Assembly (NCBI GenBank): GCA_027492205.1 | Contig: JAOZFN010000016.1 | Location: 1 to 64,000, forward strand | Source: Thermoproteota archaeon | GTDB lineage: Archaea > Korarchaeota > Korarchaeia > Korarchaeales > Korarchaeaceae | Direction of reading: 5' to 3' | Length of the DNA: 64,000 nt | Shown here: positions 9,434-18,777 of the stretch, one piece after another | Layout of the letters: each line of letters starts with the position of its first letter | Numbering within the stretch: the stretch's first letter is position 1 | Notes under the pieces: model-generated | Seen by the model: only the letters and a program-made list of their open reading frames with translations | What the model was told of the DNA's origin: nothing | Database searches by the model: none | Position numbers and translations under genes: made by a program

Positions 9434-11314
9434 ATGCGGGGATTTAGGGGGCGGACTGCCGTTGTCGACCTCCGCAACAGAAGCGTGAAGCTGTTGGACC
9501 TAGAGAGGTCCTTTCTCTCCCAGTACGTGGGCGGGAGGGGTGTCTCTTCAGCTCTTCTCTACTCTCTGCTCCCGTCGGGGGTGGACCCCCTGTCGGCCGA
9601 GAACATCCTGATCTTCGCCACCGGTCCGCTGACTGGGACTATCTGGCCTTCTGCCTGTAGGTACATCGTTTCCGCGAAGTCCCCCCTAACTGGAGCGCTG
9701 GGGTACTCTAACGCTGGAGGATACTTCGGGCCGAGGCTCAGAATGGCTGGAGTGGACTTCATCGTAGTTAAACACGCTTCAGACTCGCCAGTATATCTCT
9801 TGGTTGAAGACGGGCGGGTGGAAATTAGGGACGCTGCCGACCTGTGGGGCCTGACGACCAGGCAGGTAACCGAGGAGCTCCAGGCTGAATTCGGGTCCAA
9901 GGCCAGCGTGACGGCTATAGGACCGGCTGGCGAGAGGCTGGTCAAGATCTCCGCTCTGATAAACGATGAAGGAAGGGCGGCGGCGAGGACGGGCATGGGC
10001 GCTGTGATGGGCTCCAAGAAGCTCAAGGCCGTCGTAGCGGTCGGAGATAAACCCGTTGAAGCCGAGAAGCCAGAGAAGTTTAGACAGATCTCGAAATTCG
10101 CTTTCAAGATGGCAGCAAACCCAGATAAGGTAGGAGAGCTATCAAGATACGGCACTTCATTCTTGGTAGCCCCCAAGAACGAGATTGGTGATCTGCCTAC
10201 TCGAAACCACTACGACGGCACGTTTGAGCAGGGGAAGCAGCTCTACGCCGAGATCGTGCACGAGGAGCTGGGGATCAAGAAGGCGGCCTGCTTCTCCTGC
10301 CCGATAGGGTGCGGTAGACGACTCAAGCTTGCCTTGGGTGGGCTAGAAGTTGAGCTGGAGGGTATGGAATACGAGACAATAGCGGCTCTCGGGTCAAACT
10401 GCGCAAACGCCGATGCCAGAGCGGTTGCGGAGATGAACCTGATGTGCAACGAACTCGGTCTCGACACGATATCGGTGGGCGTGGTCTTGGCCTGGGCCAT
10501 GGAGTGCTACGAGAGGGGCCTGCTGACGAAGGAGGACACCGGGGGGCTGGAGATAAGGTGGGGGGATGTCGAAGTCATGAAAGAGCTCATCCGTATGACC
10601 GCGCACAGAGAGGGCTTCGGCGATCTGCTGGCGGAGGGCGTCCACAGAGCCTCTCAAATCGTAGGTAAAGGTACCGAGAAGTACGCAATGCACGTTAAGG
10701 GGCTGGAGATACCAATGCAGCAGCCTAGAGCAGTCAAGATGTTCGCGCTCGGTCACGCAACCTCAAACAGGGGGGCCGATCACCTCTACGCGCTTCCGAC
10801 GATCTGCTACCCTCACCTGAGAGAGGAGGCGAGGAAGTATCTAGGTCTCTCAGACGAAGAGCTTGACGAACTTACCGATGTAGCGTCGTGGAAGCACAAG
10901 GCCAGGGCCGTAGTGTTCTCCGAGAACCTCTGCGCCGCCGCGGATTCCCTTGGAGTCTGCAAGTTCCCGACGGTTGAGACCTACGCCGTGACCCCCGAGC
11001 TGCTGGCGCAGGGCTACGGGGCCCTCGCTGGAGCCGGGGTCACGACAAAAGATCTGCTGGAGGTCGGAGAGAGAGTTGTCAATCTAGAGAGGATGTTCAA
11101 CTTCAGGGAGGGGTTCTCTAAGAAAGACGACACCCTGCCGGAGAGGTTCACCAAGGAGCCCTTACCTAGCGGGCCCTTCAGGGGGTCAGTCGTAGAGCTC
11201 GAGGAGATGCTGGAAGAGTACTACAGGCTGAGAGGGTGGGAGCCCGAGACAGGCGCTCCAAGGGCGGAAACGTTGGCCATGCTGGGGCTCCCTCCCTCAC
11301 GACAGGCGCTCTGA
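9434..11314 (+). CDS. Aldehyde:ferredoxin oxidoreductase family protein (second paralog)
   Basis: KSPLTG, GAVMGSKKLKAV, CFSCPIGC, EYET, GLDTIS and RGADHL motifs. Confidence 0.95.
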   Translation: MRGFRGRTAVVDLRNRSVKLLDLERSFLSQYVGGRGVSSALLYSLLPSGVDPLSAENILIFATGPLTGTIWPSACRYIVSAKSPLTGALGYSNAGGYFGPRLRMAGVDFIVVKHASDSPVYLLVEDGRVEIRDAADLWGLTTRQVTEELQAEFGSKASVTAIGPAGERLVKISALINDEGRAAARTGMGAVMGSKKLKAVVAVGDKPVEAEKPEKFRQISKFAFKMAANPDKVGELSRYGTSFLVAPKNEIGDLPTRNHYDGTFEQGKQLYAEIVHEELGIKKAACFSCPIGCGRRLKLALGGLEVELEGMEYETIAALGSNCANADARAVAEMNLMCNELGLDTISVGVVLAWAMECYERGLLTKEDTGGLEIRWGDVEVMKELIRMTAHREGFGDLLAEGVHRASQIVGKGTEKYAMHVKGLEIPMQQPRAVKMFALGHATSNRGADHLYALPTICYPHLREEARKYLGLSDEELDELTDVASWKHKARAVVFSENLCAAADSLGVCKFPTVETYAVTPELLAQGYGALAGAGVTTKDLLEVGERVVNLERMFNFREGFSKKDDTLPERFTKEPLPSGPFRGSVVELEEMLEEYYRLRGWEPETGAPRAETLAMLGLPPSRQAL

Positions 11315-11338
11315 GCGCTCTGAGGACGGCAACACACC

Positions 11339-12169
11339 TCACAGCAAGCCCTTCTTGTGCATTATGAGGAAGTACATGGCAATCGTCACGGCTACCAAGG
11401 TGACGACGCAGACTGCGTAGTCCTTCTTAGTCATCTTCAGTTCAACTTGGTATCTCACGGTCGTGGCCCCAAAAGCTCGCAGCTGGGAGCTTATCTCGAG
11501 CCTGTCCACATAGCGTATTATCTCCCTGGCAAGCGGAATCATTAACGGCAGAGCCAGCTTTGCGGCCTTTATCGGATTCTTGGTTCTGATTGCCCACCCC
11601 CTCAACCTCTGCGCGACCTGTATCGACTGGTACATCCGAAAGATGTCGGGCACAAACTTCAGCGCCACCGTCATGACGTATGTAATCTGAGGCGGAACCC
11701 TTAGCTTCCTCATCAGCCTCACGTAGTCGTTCAGGGGCGTCGTGTAGATGAGGGTAAAGGTCAGCAGGACTCCGATCACTATGTGGAGGACCTGGCCTAG
11801 AACCCAGAGGAGGGCGCCCATGATCATCCTAACGTCTCCGATAACAGGGAGATGAACCTCGAATATCACGCGGCTGACTATCTCCCGAGGCCATACCCTA
11901 AAGAGTTCTGGATTGTACTGCCCCATCCCAACTAGGAGGAATTCTCCCAGCCTCCATCCCACCACCGGAATGAGTATCAGGAGCCACTTCTTCGGGACCT
12001 TGGCGGAGTGGTACATCGCAGCGGATATCGCCAGCAAAACCGTGAGATAGCGAGGATCGTAATAGAAACTCACGAGAAACAGCATGGAGAATATGAGCGT
12101 TAGCCTGGAGACGGGGCTCAAGTTATGGAGGAACGTGTCTTCGGGAGAATACTCGTACCACGTGGGCAT
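11339..12169 (-). CDS. ecfT: ECF transporter transmembrane T component
   Basis: DTFLHNLSPVSRL N-terminus, ALKFVP, AQRLRG and QLRAFG (the two conserved X-R-X motifs); start placed at MPTWYEY. Confidence 0.88.
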   Translation of the reverse strand: MPTWYEYSPEDTFLHNLSPVSRLTLIFSMLFLVSFYYDPRYLTVLLAISAAMYHSAKVPKKWLLILIPVVGWRLGEFLLVGMGQYNPELFRVWPREIVSRVIFEVHLPVIGDVRMIMGALLWVLGQVLHIVIGVLLTFTLIYTTPLNDYVRLMRKLRVPPQITYVMTVALKFVPDIFRMYQSIQVAQRLRGWAIRTKNPIKAAKLALPLMIPLAREIIRYVDRLEISSQLRAFGATTVRYQVELKMTKKDYAVCVVTLVAVTIAMYFLIMHKKGLL

Positions 12170-12170
12170 C

Positions 12171-13910
12171 CTACCCCACCACCTCCAGCTGATCGAGGAA
12201 CTCATTAACGGTGAGCGTATCTTCTGCGAAGCCGAAGTCTCTAAGAGCAGCGGCCAGTTGGGTTATCTGAGGTGGCTTAAGAGAGGCTCTTCTCAATACC
12301 TCGTGTCTGCTGAACACCTCTCGGGGCGTTCCGTCCAGCAGAACCTGACCGTTGCTCATTACGATCACCCTGTCGCAGAACTCCGAGACCAGCCTCATGT
12401 CGTGGGTTATTATGACAAACGTGATACCCTCCTTTATTAGCTCCCTTAAATGTCTCATTAGCCTTATTGACTCCTTTCTGTCTAATCCATTTGTAGGCTC
12501 GTCTACGATGAGCATCCTGGGTTTTAGGACCAACACGCTAGCCAAGCCGACCATTGTTCTCAAGTATTTGGGCAGATCGACTATGAGTGTGTGTTTGTGC
12601 TCCTCGATCCCTAAAAATTTGAGCACGTCTTCAACAAGCCTCTTCGTAGTTTCCTCATCATACTCCAGCATTTTGGGGCCGAAAGACACCTCCTCATATA
12701 CGTCCTTGCTGAACAGCATGGCGTCGGGATTTTGGAATATGTAATTCACCTTGCGAATGATCTCGAATGTTGAGCTTTTCGTCACATCAACTCCGTCCAC
12801 AATAACCTCGGCATCGGGGTTGGTGGGCTTGTATATTCCCACGATGCAGAAGGAGAGCGTTGTCTTTCCCGAGCCGTTCTGTCCTATTATACCTACGAGT
12901 TCACCCTCCCTCAAGGTCAAATTAACCCCATTAAGGGCCTTAACTCCACTCGGGTATGTGTAATGGAGATTTGACACCCTCACATAATCACTACCGCCCA
13001 TTCGAGGAGGGTTCCGTGAGGGTTTACCTCCCTTCCCCTCTCTTGGCCTGACCTTGATTGTTCCTTCGTTCAGGTACTCTCTAAGAAGTTCGATGGCCTC
13101 TTCTAATGAAACGGGGACATCTAGATCGGGGAGCTTCTCCCTCAGCTTTAAGAAAAGCTCCGACACTTGGGGCAGTCCTACACCGATCCTCTCCAGAAGT
13201 CTGTCCTCTACCGCAACCTTAGGGTCTCCTTCCACCAGGACCTCCCCCTCGTTCAGGACGACAACCCTGTTCACGATGTTCATGACTTCCTCCAAATCCG
13301 ACCCAGATTCTGCAATTATACATGTTATTCCATACTCTAAGTTCAGCTCATTAATGGCCTTTAGGACGATGCTTTTTCCCACGGGGTCAAGCATTGAGAT
13401 GGGCTCGTCGAGCGCAAGAACCTTCGGCCTCATGGCTAGGACTCCTGCTATCGACAGGGCCTGCTGCTGTCCACCTGATAGCTCCTTGGGGTGCCTTTTC
13501 TCGAGGCCCTTCAGTCTCGTGGCCCTAAGGGCATACTCGACATTCCTCTCTATCTCGTCTTCTGGCATCCCCAGATTCATGGGGCCGAACGCGACATCAT
13601 CCTCAACGGTCAGGTTGAACACCTGGACCGTTGGGTCGTCTATAACTAGCCCGATTGAGGTCACCATCTCGGCCACGGTGTGGTCCAGCGGGTTCTTCCC
13701 GTCCACCACCACCGTTCCCTTCACTCTTGCGGGAATTGTGTGAGGAATTATGCCCACTAGAGTGTAGAGCAGGGTAGTCTTTCCCGCCCCAAGCGGACCT
13801 AGCAGGCCTACAAACTCCCCCTCGTTGATTTTGAAACTAACGTTCTTTAGAGCGGGCTCTTTCTTTCTGAGGTAGGTTACGGTAAGGTCACTAACCTCAA
13901 CTACAGGCAT
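12171..13910 (-). CDS. ECF transporter fused tandem ATPase (A-A')
   Basis: Two Walker A motifs (GPLGAGKTT, GQNGSGKTT), LSGGQ, LDEP and VDEPT, FQNPD, THDM. Confidence 0.93.
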   Translation of the reverse strand: MPVVEVSDLTVTYLRKKEPALKNVSFKINEGEFVGLLGPLGAGKTTLLYTLVGIIPHTIPARVKGTVVVDGKNPLDHTVAEMVTSIGLVIDDPTVQVFNLTVEDDVAFGPMNLGMPEDEIERNVEYALRATRLKGLEKRHPKELSGGQQQALSIAGVLAMRPKVLALDEPISMLDPVGKSIVLKAINELNLEYGITCIIAESGSDLEEVMNIVNRVVVLNEGEVLVEGDPKVAVEDRLLERIGVGLPQVSELFLKLREKLPDLDVPVSLEEAIELLREYLNEGTIKVRPREGKGGKPSRNPPRMGGSDYVRVSNLHYTYPSGVKALNGVNLTLREGELVGIIGQNGSGKTTLSFCIVGIYKPTNPDAEVIVDGVDVTKSSTFEIIRKVNYIFQNPDAMLFSKDVYEEVSFGPKMLEYDEETTKRLVEDVLKFLGIEEHKHTLIVDLPKYLRTMVGLASVLVLKPRMLIVDEPTNGLDRKESIRLMRHLRELIKEGITFVIITHDMRLVSEFCDRVIVMSNGQVLLDGTPREVFSRHEVLRRASLKPPQITQLAAALRDFGFAEDTLTVNEFLDQLEVVG

Positions 13911-13983
13911 CTACTGACCGCACCCCCTGACGAGCCGAATTAGAGACCAAATGGCGTAAAAAAATGGTGGAGGAGGCTGGGCC

Positions 13984-14790
13984 TCACGCTCCCGCTGCCC
14001 TTGAGTCGTAGTAGAAGGCCCCTATCAACCAGCCGATTATCTGCGCGACGATGCTGGATATAACGAAGCCCGTTGGGCCTATGGCCCACATGAGGGACCC
14101 TACTGCTGCTGCGTATGGGTTGTTGGTGAAGTAGTTGAGGATGCACCACCCGAAGAAATGCACGCCCACGCCGACGAAGGCCATTACGAGGGTCATCACG
14201 GTCTTCACGCCGCCCTTTAGCTTCCGTCCCCTGACGACGCTCCAGAACAGGTAGGAGTTTATGGCCCATATCCCTCCATCCATAAGGGCATAAGCCACAA
14301 CTATGTTAGGAGTGGCGACCCATGGGGCCAGGCCCAAGAGATATCTGAGGATGAATGCCACGGAAGTGCCCAAGAAGGCAACGGCTGGCCCAAAGTAGGC
14401 GGCGGCGAACGCCGTCACCATGGCAACGGTGTCTATGTTGATTGGACCGGGTATCCCAGCAACGGTCGCTACGGCTGCGACGATGGCTGAGGCGGCCAGA
14501 GCATAAGGGGAGAAGACCGAGTACTTTGCCCCTTCGACGTATCTGCCGGGAGGTGCAAGCCACTCCGGCCTCTGACCAAAGAGTTTGATGGCCATGGCGC
14601 CCGGAATCACGTAGATTAGGAACACATACAGGTAGTACAGGCCCTGCCTAGCTGGAGAATTGCTGGGTCCCCATCGCTCGGATGGCGGCCACAGGACTAT
14701 GAAGAGCGCTATCCCTATGATGACCGAGGCAATGGCTATAATCGCCGGAGAGAGGGACTTCTTCTGCATGGTCGATCTGACGTGGCTCAT
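13984..14790 (-). CDS. Putative ECF substrate-specific (S) component of unrecognised family
   Basis: About 8 hydrophobic segments, AAAYFGP motif typical of S components, first gene of the S-A-T operon; GGGGGT RBS before ATG 14790. Confidence 0.72.
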   Translation of the reverse strand: MSHVRSTMQKKSLSPAIIAIASVIIGIALFIVLWPPSERWGPSNSPARQGLYYLYVFLIYVIPGAMAIKLFGQRPEWLAPPGRYVEGAKYSVFSPYALAASAIVAAVATVAGIPGPINIDTVAMVTAFAAAYFGPAVAFLGTSVAFILRYLLGLAPWVATPNIVVAYALMDGGIWAINSYLFWSVVRGRKLKGGVKTVMTLVMAFVGVGVHFFGWCILNYFTNNPYAAAVGSLMWAIGPTGFVISSIVAQIIGWLIGAFYYDSRAAGA

Positions 14791-14865
14791 ACCCCCAAAC
14801 CTATAAAGTTGATCTATCGACGCAAGATGGTCAGGCGAATGACGAAGACTGAGGAGGGTGACCTC

Positions 14866-16383
14866 TTGAGCCAAAACATGCCCCCCAGAAGCGATGGGGA
14901 CAGGAGCATCCTCCTGGGGGTGGACGTGGGAACGACCAATGTCAAAGTGCTGGCATTGACCCCAGACGGGGAGGTCGTAGCTCAGGCGAAGGAGCACCTC
15001 TCATCTCCGATAGTAGATGGGCTTAGAGTCGAGTTCGACGCTGAGGAGTGGTGGACGGCCCTAATAAGGGCCCTGCGGAAGCTTGGTGGCACTGTACTCG
15101 ATCGCGCGGAGGCCATTTGCGTGGGGGGACAGGGCCCCTCCCTCGTGCTAGTCGACCGTCAAGGAAAGCCCGTAAGAAGATCCATCATTTGGATGGACAG
15201 GAGAGCAGTCAGAGAGGCGGAGGAGCTAAGCAAGCTTGTTGGAAAATCCGTGGACCCTTACGTCTTGGAGGCCAAGCTGCTGTGGTTGATGAGGAACGAG
15301 CCGGAAGTTTTGGCTAGGGCCTCCATAGTCCTTAACGCTTATGGCTTCATCAGCTATAGGCTGACGGGCAGGGCCACGCTAGGCCTAATTCAAGACGGCT
15401 ATTACCCATGGTGGAGCACGCCGTACCTCAACCCTGCTCATTTGGAAGCAATGGGGTTCCCCCTCAATCTGCTTCCAGACTTCCTGGAGATCGGAAAGGT
15501 CATCGGAAATGTATCGAATGAGGCGTCGAGGGAGACGGGACTCCCGACCGACTGCCTGGTGGTTCAGGGCCTCACTGACTTCTGGCACGACATAATTGGG
15601 GCGGGAGTAGTTAGGAAGGGTAGGGCCCTAGATCACGGTGGAACATCGCAGGGATTCGACCTTTGCTGGGACTCACCGATTGAAGACCCAGAGGGAAGAG
15701 TTATGACTACCAAACACGTGGTCAAGGGATCTTGGAACATCAGCGGGATCATGTCAACTACGGGGGCCATCTTAAGGTGGTTCAGAGACAACTTGGGTGC
15801 CGAGGAGGTTGAGAGGGCGCGTCAGCTGGGGCGGGACCCCTATGATCTACTTTGCGAGTTAGCTTCTGAGGCGCCGCCGGGATCCAATGGCCTCATTGTT
15901 CTCCCATATTTCGCCGGGGAGAGAAGCCCCGTGTGGGACCCCATGGCCAGAGGGGTAATATTCGGCATAACACTCAACCACAGGAAGAGTCATCTCACGA
16001 GGGCGATATTAGAGGCCACCGCCTACGGTTTGTGTCACATCAAAGAAATAATTGAGGAAATCGGAGGTAGAGTGCAGGAACTGAGGAGCGTTGGCGGCCA
16101 GTCCAAAAGCGACCTGTGGTGCCAGATAAAAGCGGATGTCCTCAACGTACCAGTTCTCAGGCTTGCCGTCGAAGCCACGGAGCCGCTCGGCGCGGCCATC
16201 ACGGCCGGTGTTGGTTCTGGCCACTTCCGCAATCTGGAGGAAGCTTCCGATCAGGTGGTAAAAATTGCTAAAACATTCCACCCAGATGAGGAGCATCATC
16301 GCGCATACAGAGGTTATTACGAAGTGTACAAGAGGCTATATCCCGCCTTGAAGGATCTCTTCAGAGCGCCATATTACGCCTAA
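14866..16383 (+). CDS. FGGY-family carbohydrate kinase (xylulokinase-like)
   Basis: GVDVGTTNVK, IIWMDRRA, GGTS, LPYFAGERSP, RAILEA and VGGQSKS motifs; RBS GAGGAGGGTGA before TTG 14866. Confidence 0.92.
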   Translation: MSQNMPPRSDGDRSILLGVDVGTTNVKVLALTPDGEVVAQAKEHLSSPIVDGLRVEFDAEEWWTALIRALRKLGGTVLDRAEAICVGGQGPSLVLVDRQGKPVRRSIIWMDRRAVREAEELSKLVGKSVDPYVLEAKLLWLMRNEPEVLARASIVLNAYGFISYRLTGRATLGLIQDGYYPWWSTPYLNPAHLEAMGFPLNLLPDFLEIGKVIGNVSNEASRETGLPTDCLVVQGLTDFWHDIIGAGVVRKGRALDHGGTSQGFDLCWDSPIEDPEGRVMTTKHVVKGSWNISGIMSTTGAILRWFRDNLGAEEVERARQLGRDPYDLLCELASEAPPGSNGLIVLPYFAGERSPVWDPMARGVIFGITLNHRKSHLTRAILEATAYGLCHIKEIIEEIGGRVQELRSVGGQSKSDLWCQIKADVLNVPVLRLAVEATEPLGAAITAGVGSGHFRNLEEASDQVVKIAKTFHPDEEHHRAYRGYYEVYKRLYPALKDLFRAPYYA

Positions 16384-16484
16384 CGTCGTCCTTCAGAGCT
16401 GTCAGGCAGTGAGGCTGTGAAGTACGTGGGGAGAAAGGGAGAAAAGGGTATTAAGAGGATTCCCTAAATGGCTGAGGGGATCTG

Positions 16485-17504
16485 ATGAAAGCAAAGGCTG
16501 CCGTCCTGCACGCTCCCGGAGATCTGAGAGTTGAAGAGGTAGAACTGTCTGAGCTGGGCGAGAAGGACGTGCTAATTAGGGTAGAAGCCTGTGGGGTCTG
16601 TCCCTTTGACATAAGGCTCTATCTAGGGCTCTCCAAGCTCCCACTACCTAAGGTGCTCGGTCACGAGTTGGCTGGTGTCGTCGTGGAGGTTGGAGAGAAG
16701 GTCTCGAGAGTTCGTCCGGGGGACCGCGTTGTCGCAGATCCCATGGTTAGGGACCTAACCTGCCCCTTCTGCAGGAGGGGAGAGGAGAACCTCTGTATGA
16801 ATGCAAAGTGGCCCGTGGTGGGCTTCACTGAGTACACAGTGGCTCCCGAGGAGAACGTCTACAAGATCAGCAGAGCGTCCTTCTTTGAGGCGGCGCTGGC
16901 AGAGCCCCTGGCTGCCGTGATAAACAGCGTTGAGAGATCCAAGATGCGGCTGGGCGATGACGTGGTCGTCATTGGAGATGGGCCAAACGGTCTCCTCCAC
17001 CTCAAGGTGGCGTACGTAGCCGGCGCCGCAAGGGTGATCGTCACCGGCATGATGGAACACAGGCTTGAGAGAGCGCTGAGATATGGAGCGACGGAAGCGG
17101 TAAACGTGGCCAGAGAAGATCCAGTAAAGGTTGTTAAGGAGGTTTTTGGAGAGCAGGGCGCCGATCGCGTGTTTGTCACCGTGGGAAGCACAGAGGCCCT
17201 GCTTCAGGGGATAAAGATGGTGAGAAAGGGGGGCACGGTGGTTCAGTTCGCCGGAATCTACCCTGAAACCGGCATCCCCATTAGCGCCAGATTCATACAT
17301 TATTCAGAAGCTTTTCTTACCGGGGCAACAAACTCCACCAGAGAGCAATTCAGGCGGGCTGTTAAACTGTTGGACACAAAAAGAGTTGATGTCTCTGATT
17401 ATGTGACTCACAAGTTCCCCTTGGAGAGGGCTGAAGAAGCTTTGCTGACCGCAAAGAGCCTGAAGGGCTTCAAGGTAATGGTTGTACCGACGATGAAGGA
17501 GTAA
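16485..17504 (+). CDS. Zn-dependent MDR dehydrogenase (polyol/sorbitol dehydrogenase-like)
   Basis: CGVCPFD, GHE, structural Zn site D-x2-C-x2-C-x7-C, AEPLA and GDGPNG. Confidence 0.9.
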   Translation: MKAKAAVLHAPGDLRVEEVELSELGEKDVLIRVEACGVCPFDIRLYLGLSKLPLPKVLGHELAGVVVEVGEKVSRVRPGDRVVADPMVRDLTCPFCRRGEENLCMNAKWPVVGFTEYTVAPEENVYKISRASFFEAALAEPLAAVINSVERSKMRLGDDVVVIGDGPNGLLHLKVAYVAGAARVIVTGMMEHRLERALRYGATEAVNVAREDPVKVVKEVFGEQGADRVFVTVGSTEALLQGIKMVRKGGTVVQFAGIYPETGIPISARFIHYSEAFLTGATNSTREQFRRAVKLLDTKRVDVSDYVTHKFPLERAEEALLTAKSLKGFKVMVVPTMKE

Positions 17505-17516
17505 CCGGCTTTAAGA

Positions 17517-18308
17517 CTAGGATTCACCGGCCAAGTTAATCCTCGAGAGTTCTTCCAACATCTCGCAGATAGCGTTAGTCACAAAATCTCGGATGCGGCG
17601 TCCCTTCTCCTCATTTGCTTTTGTAGGATCTCCTATAACTCCGGATCTCGAGATATCTGCTGTACACCACGAAAAGGAGACGTATCTAGGCTTCTCTACT
17701 CGGAAGTACTTATTCTCAGAATCCATCCGAGGGAGTTCTGAGCGAGCTTCAGCCCACTTAACAAGAGACTCGTCCAGCGCCAACATCAAAGAGGTCTCCG
17801 CCTCGCCAGCGTGGACCGCGCCTCCCGTGGGAGACTCCCTAATCTCTGCCAAGACGTCCGACGATATTGACCAAGTGTCTACCACCACAACGAGGGCATC
17901 TATTTCTCTCCTCAGCTGATGGATTATTCCCTTCAGGAGAGACGTGTTTCCTCCGTGGGCATTTAGGAGGACGATCTTCTTTATCCCGTGAGCCGAGAGG
18001 CTGGCGCAAACGTCCTTGATGAGGGAGATCATAGTCTCGAGTCTCAGAGACAGAGTCCCTGGAAAGTCCATGTGCTCTGCCGAGCAGCCGATTCTGATCG
18101 TGGGCACCACCAAGATGTTCAGCTTGTCCTTGAGCCTATCTGCAACCTCTAACGAAACGGACTCTGCTATGATCGCGTCGGTACCGAATGGCAAGTGAGG
18201 ACCGTGCTGCTCGGTGGAGCCTATTGGAACGATAGCTATCACGTTTCCGCTCTCAATCATCCGCCTTACATCCGGCAGATACGCCCTCTCTAGGCGAAGT
18301 GAAGCCAT
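17517..18308 (-). CDS. Creatininase/ArfB/MftE family amidohydrolase
   Basis: PIGSTEQHGPHLPFGTD, SAEHMDFPGT, NAHGGN, HAGEAETS and GVIGDP motifs; start placed at MASLRLE. Confidence 0.92.
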   Translation of the reverse strand: MASLRLERAYLPDVRRMIESGNVIAIVPIGSTEQHGPHLPFGTDAIIAESVSLEVADRLKDKLNILVVPTIRIGCSAEHMDFPGTLSLRLETMISLIKDVCASLSAHGIKKIVLLNAHGGNTSLLKGIIHQLRREIDALVVVVDTWSISSDVLAEIRESPTGGAVHAGEAETSLMLALDESLVKWAEARSELPRMDSENKYFRVEKPRYVSFSWCTADISRSGVIGDPTKANEEKGRRIRDFVTNAICEMLEELSRINLAGES

Positions 18309-18630
18309 TTCACCGTCTACATTCGGAATTTGAATGATAAAAATCATAGTGCCAGATCCCAAGTTAGTCCAACTTATTCTGTATCTTTGTTGTCTCTCGC
18401 ATTTCCCGCCAGAACTCCTTCACCCTATTGTGCGGTCTCCGCCCACCATTAGAATCCCAGAAGCGGTAGGTATAGCCTCAGCTGGTTCAATGCCAGCTAC
18501 CAGTAGACCATTGGGTGCTCTCAAACCCGTGCCCTGCACAGCCCCTCCGTGACTAACATAAAGTGATAGCCCAACCAGTCGTGGTTTGGCGTACCCTGTG
18601 AGCGCGACCGGAGGCGGGTTCCTGAAGATC

Positions 18631-18759
18631 ATGTACAGGGCGATGGTGGATGGGGGAGCCGTCACGGGGGAGTACGCACGGAAGGTTGGATCGGATGGCT
18701 ACGACGAGAACGCTGGAGAGGCTGTTCGAGTCGTCAAGCGGCTGATCGGGAGGGACTAA
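18631..18759 (+). pseudogene. C-terminal remnant of a cobalamin-binding corrinoid protein (MtmC-like)
   Basis: MYRAMVDGGAVTGEYARKVGSDGYDENAGEAVRVVKRLIGRD* matches the B12-binding domain end (VMVGGAPV...A..IGADGY..NA.EAV). In-frame stop at 18559 and no DxHxxG motif. Confidence 0.75.
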
Positions 18760-18777
18760 AGACTGGAGTTCTCCCTG

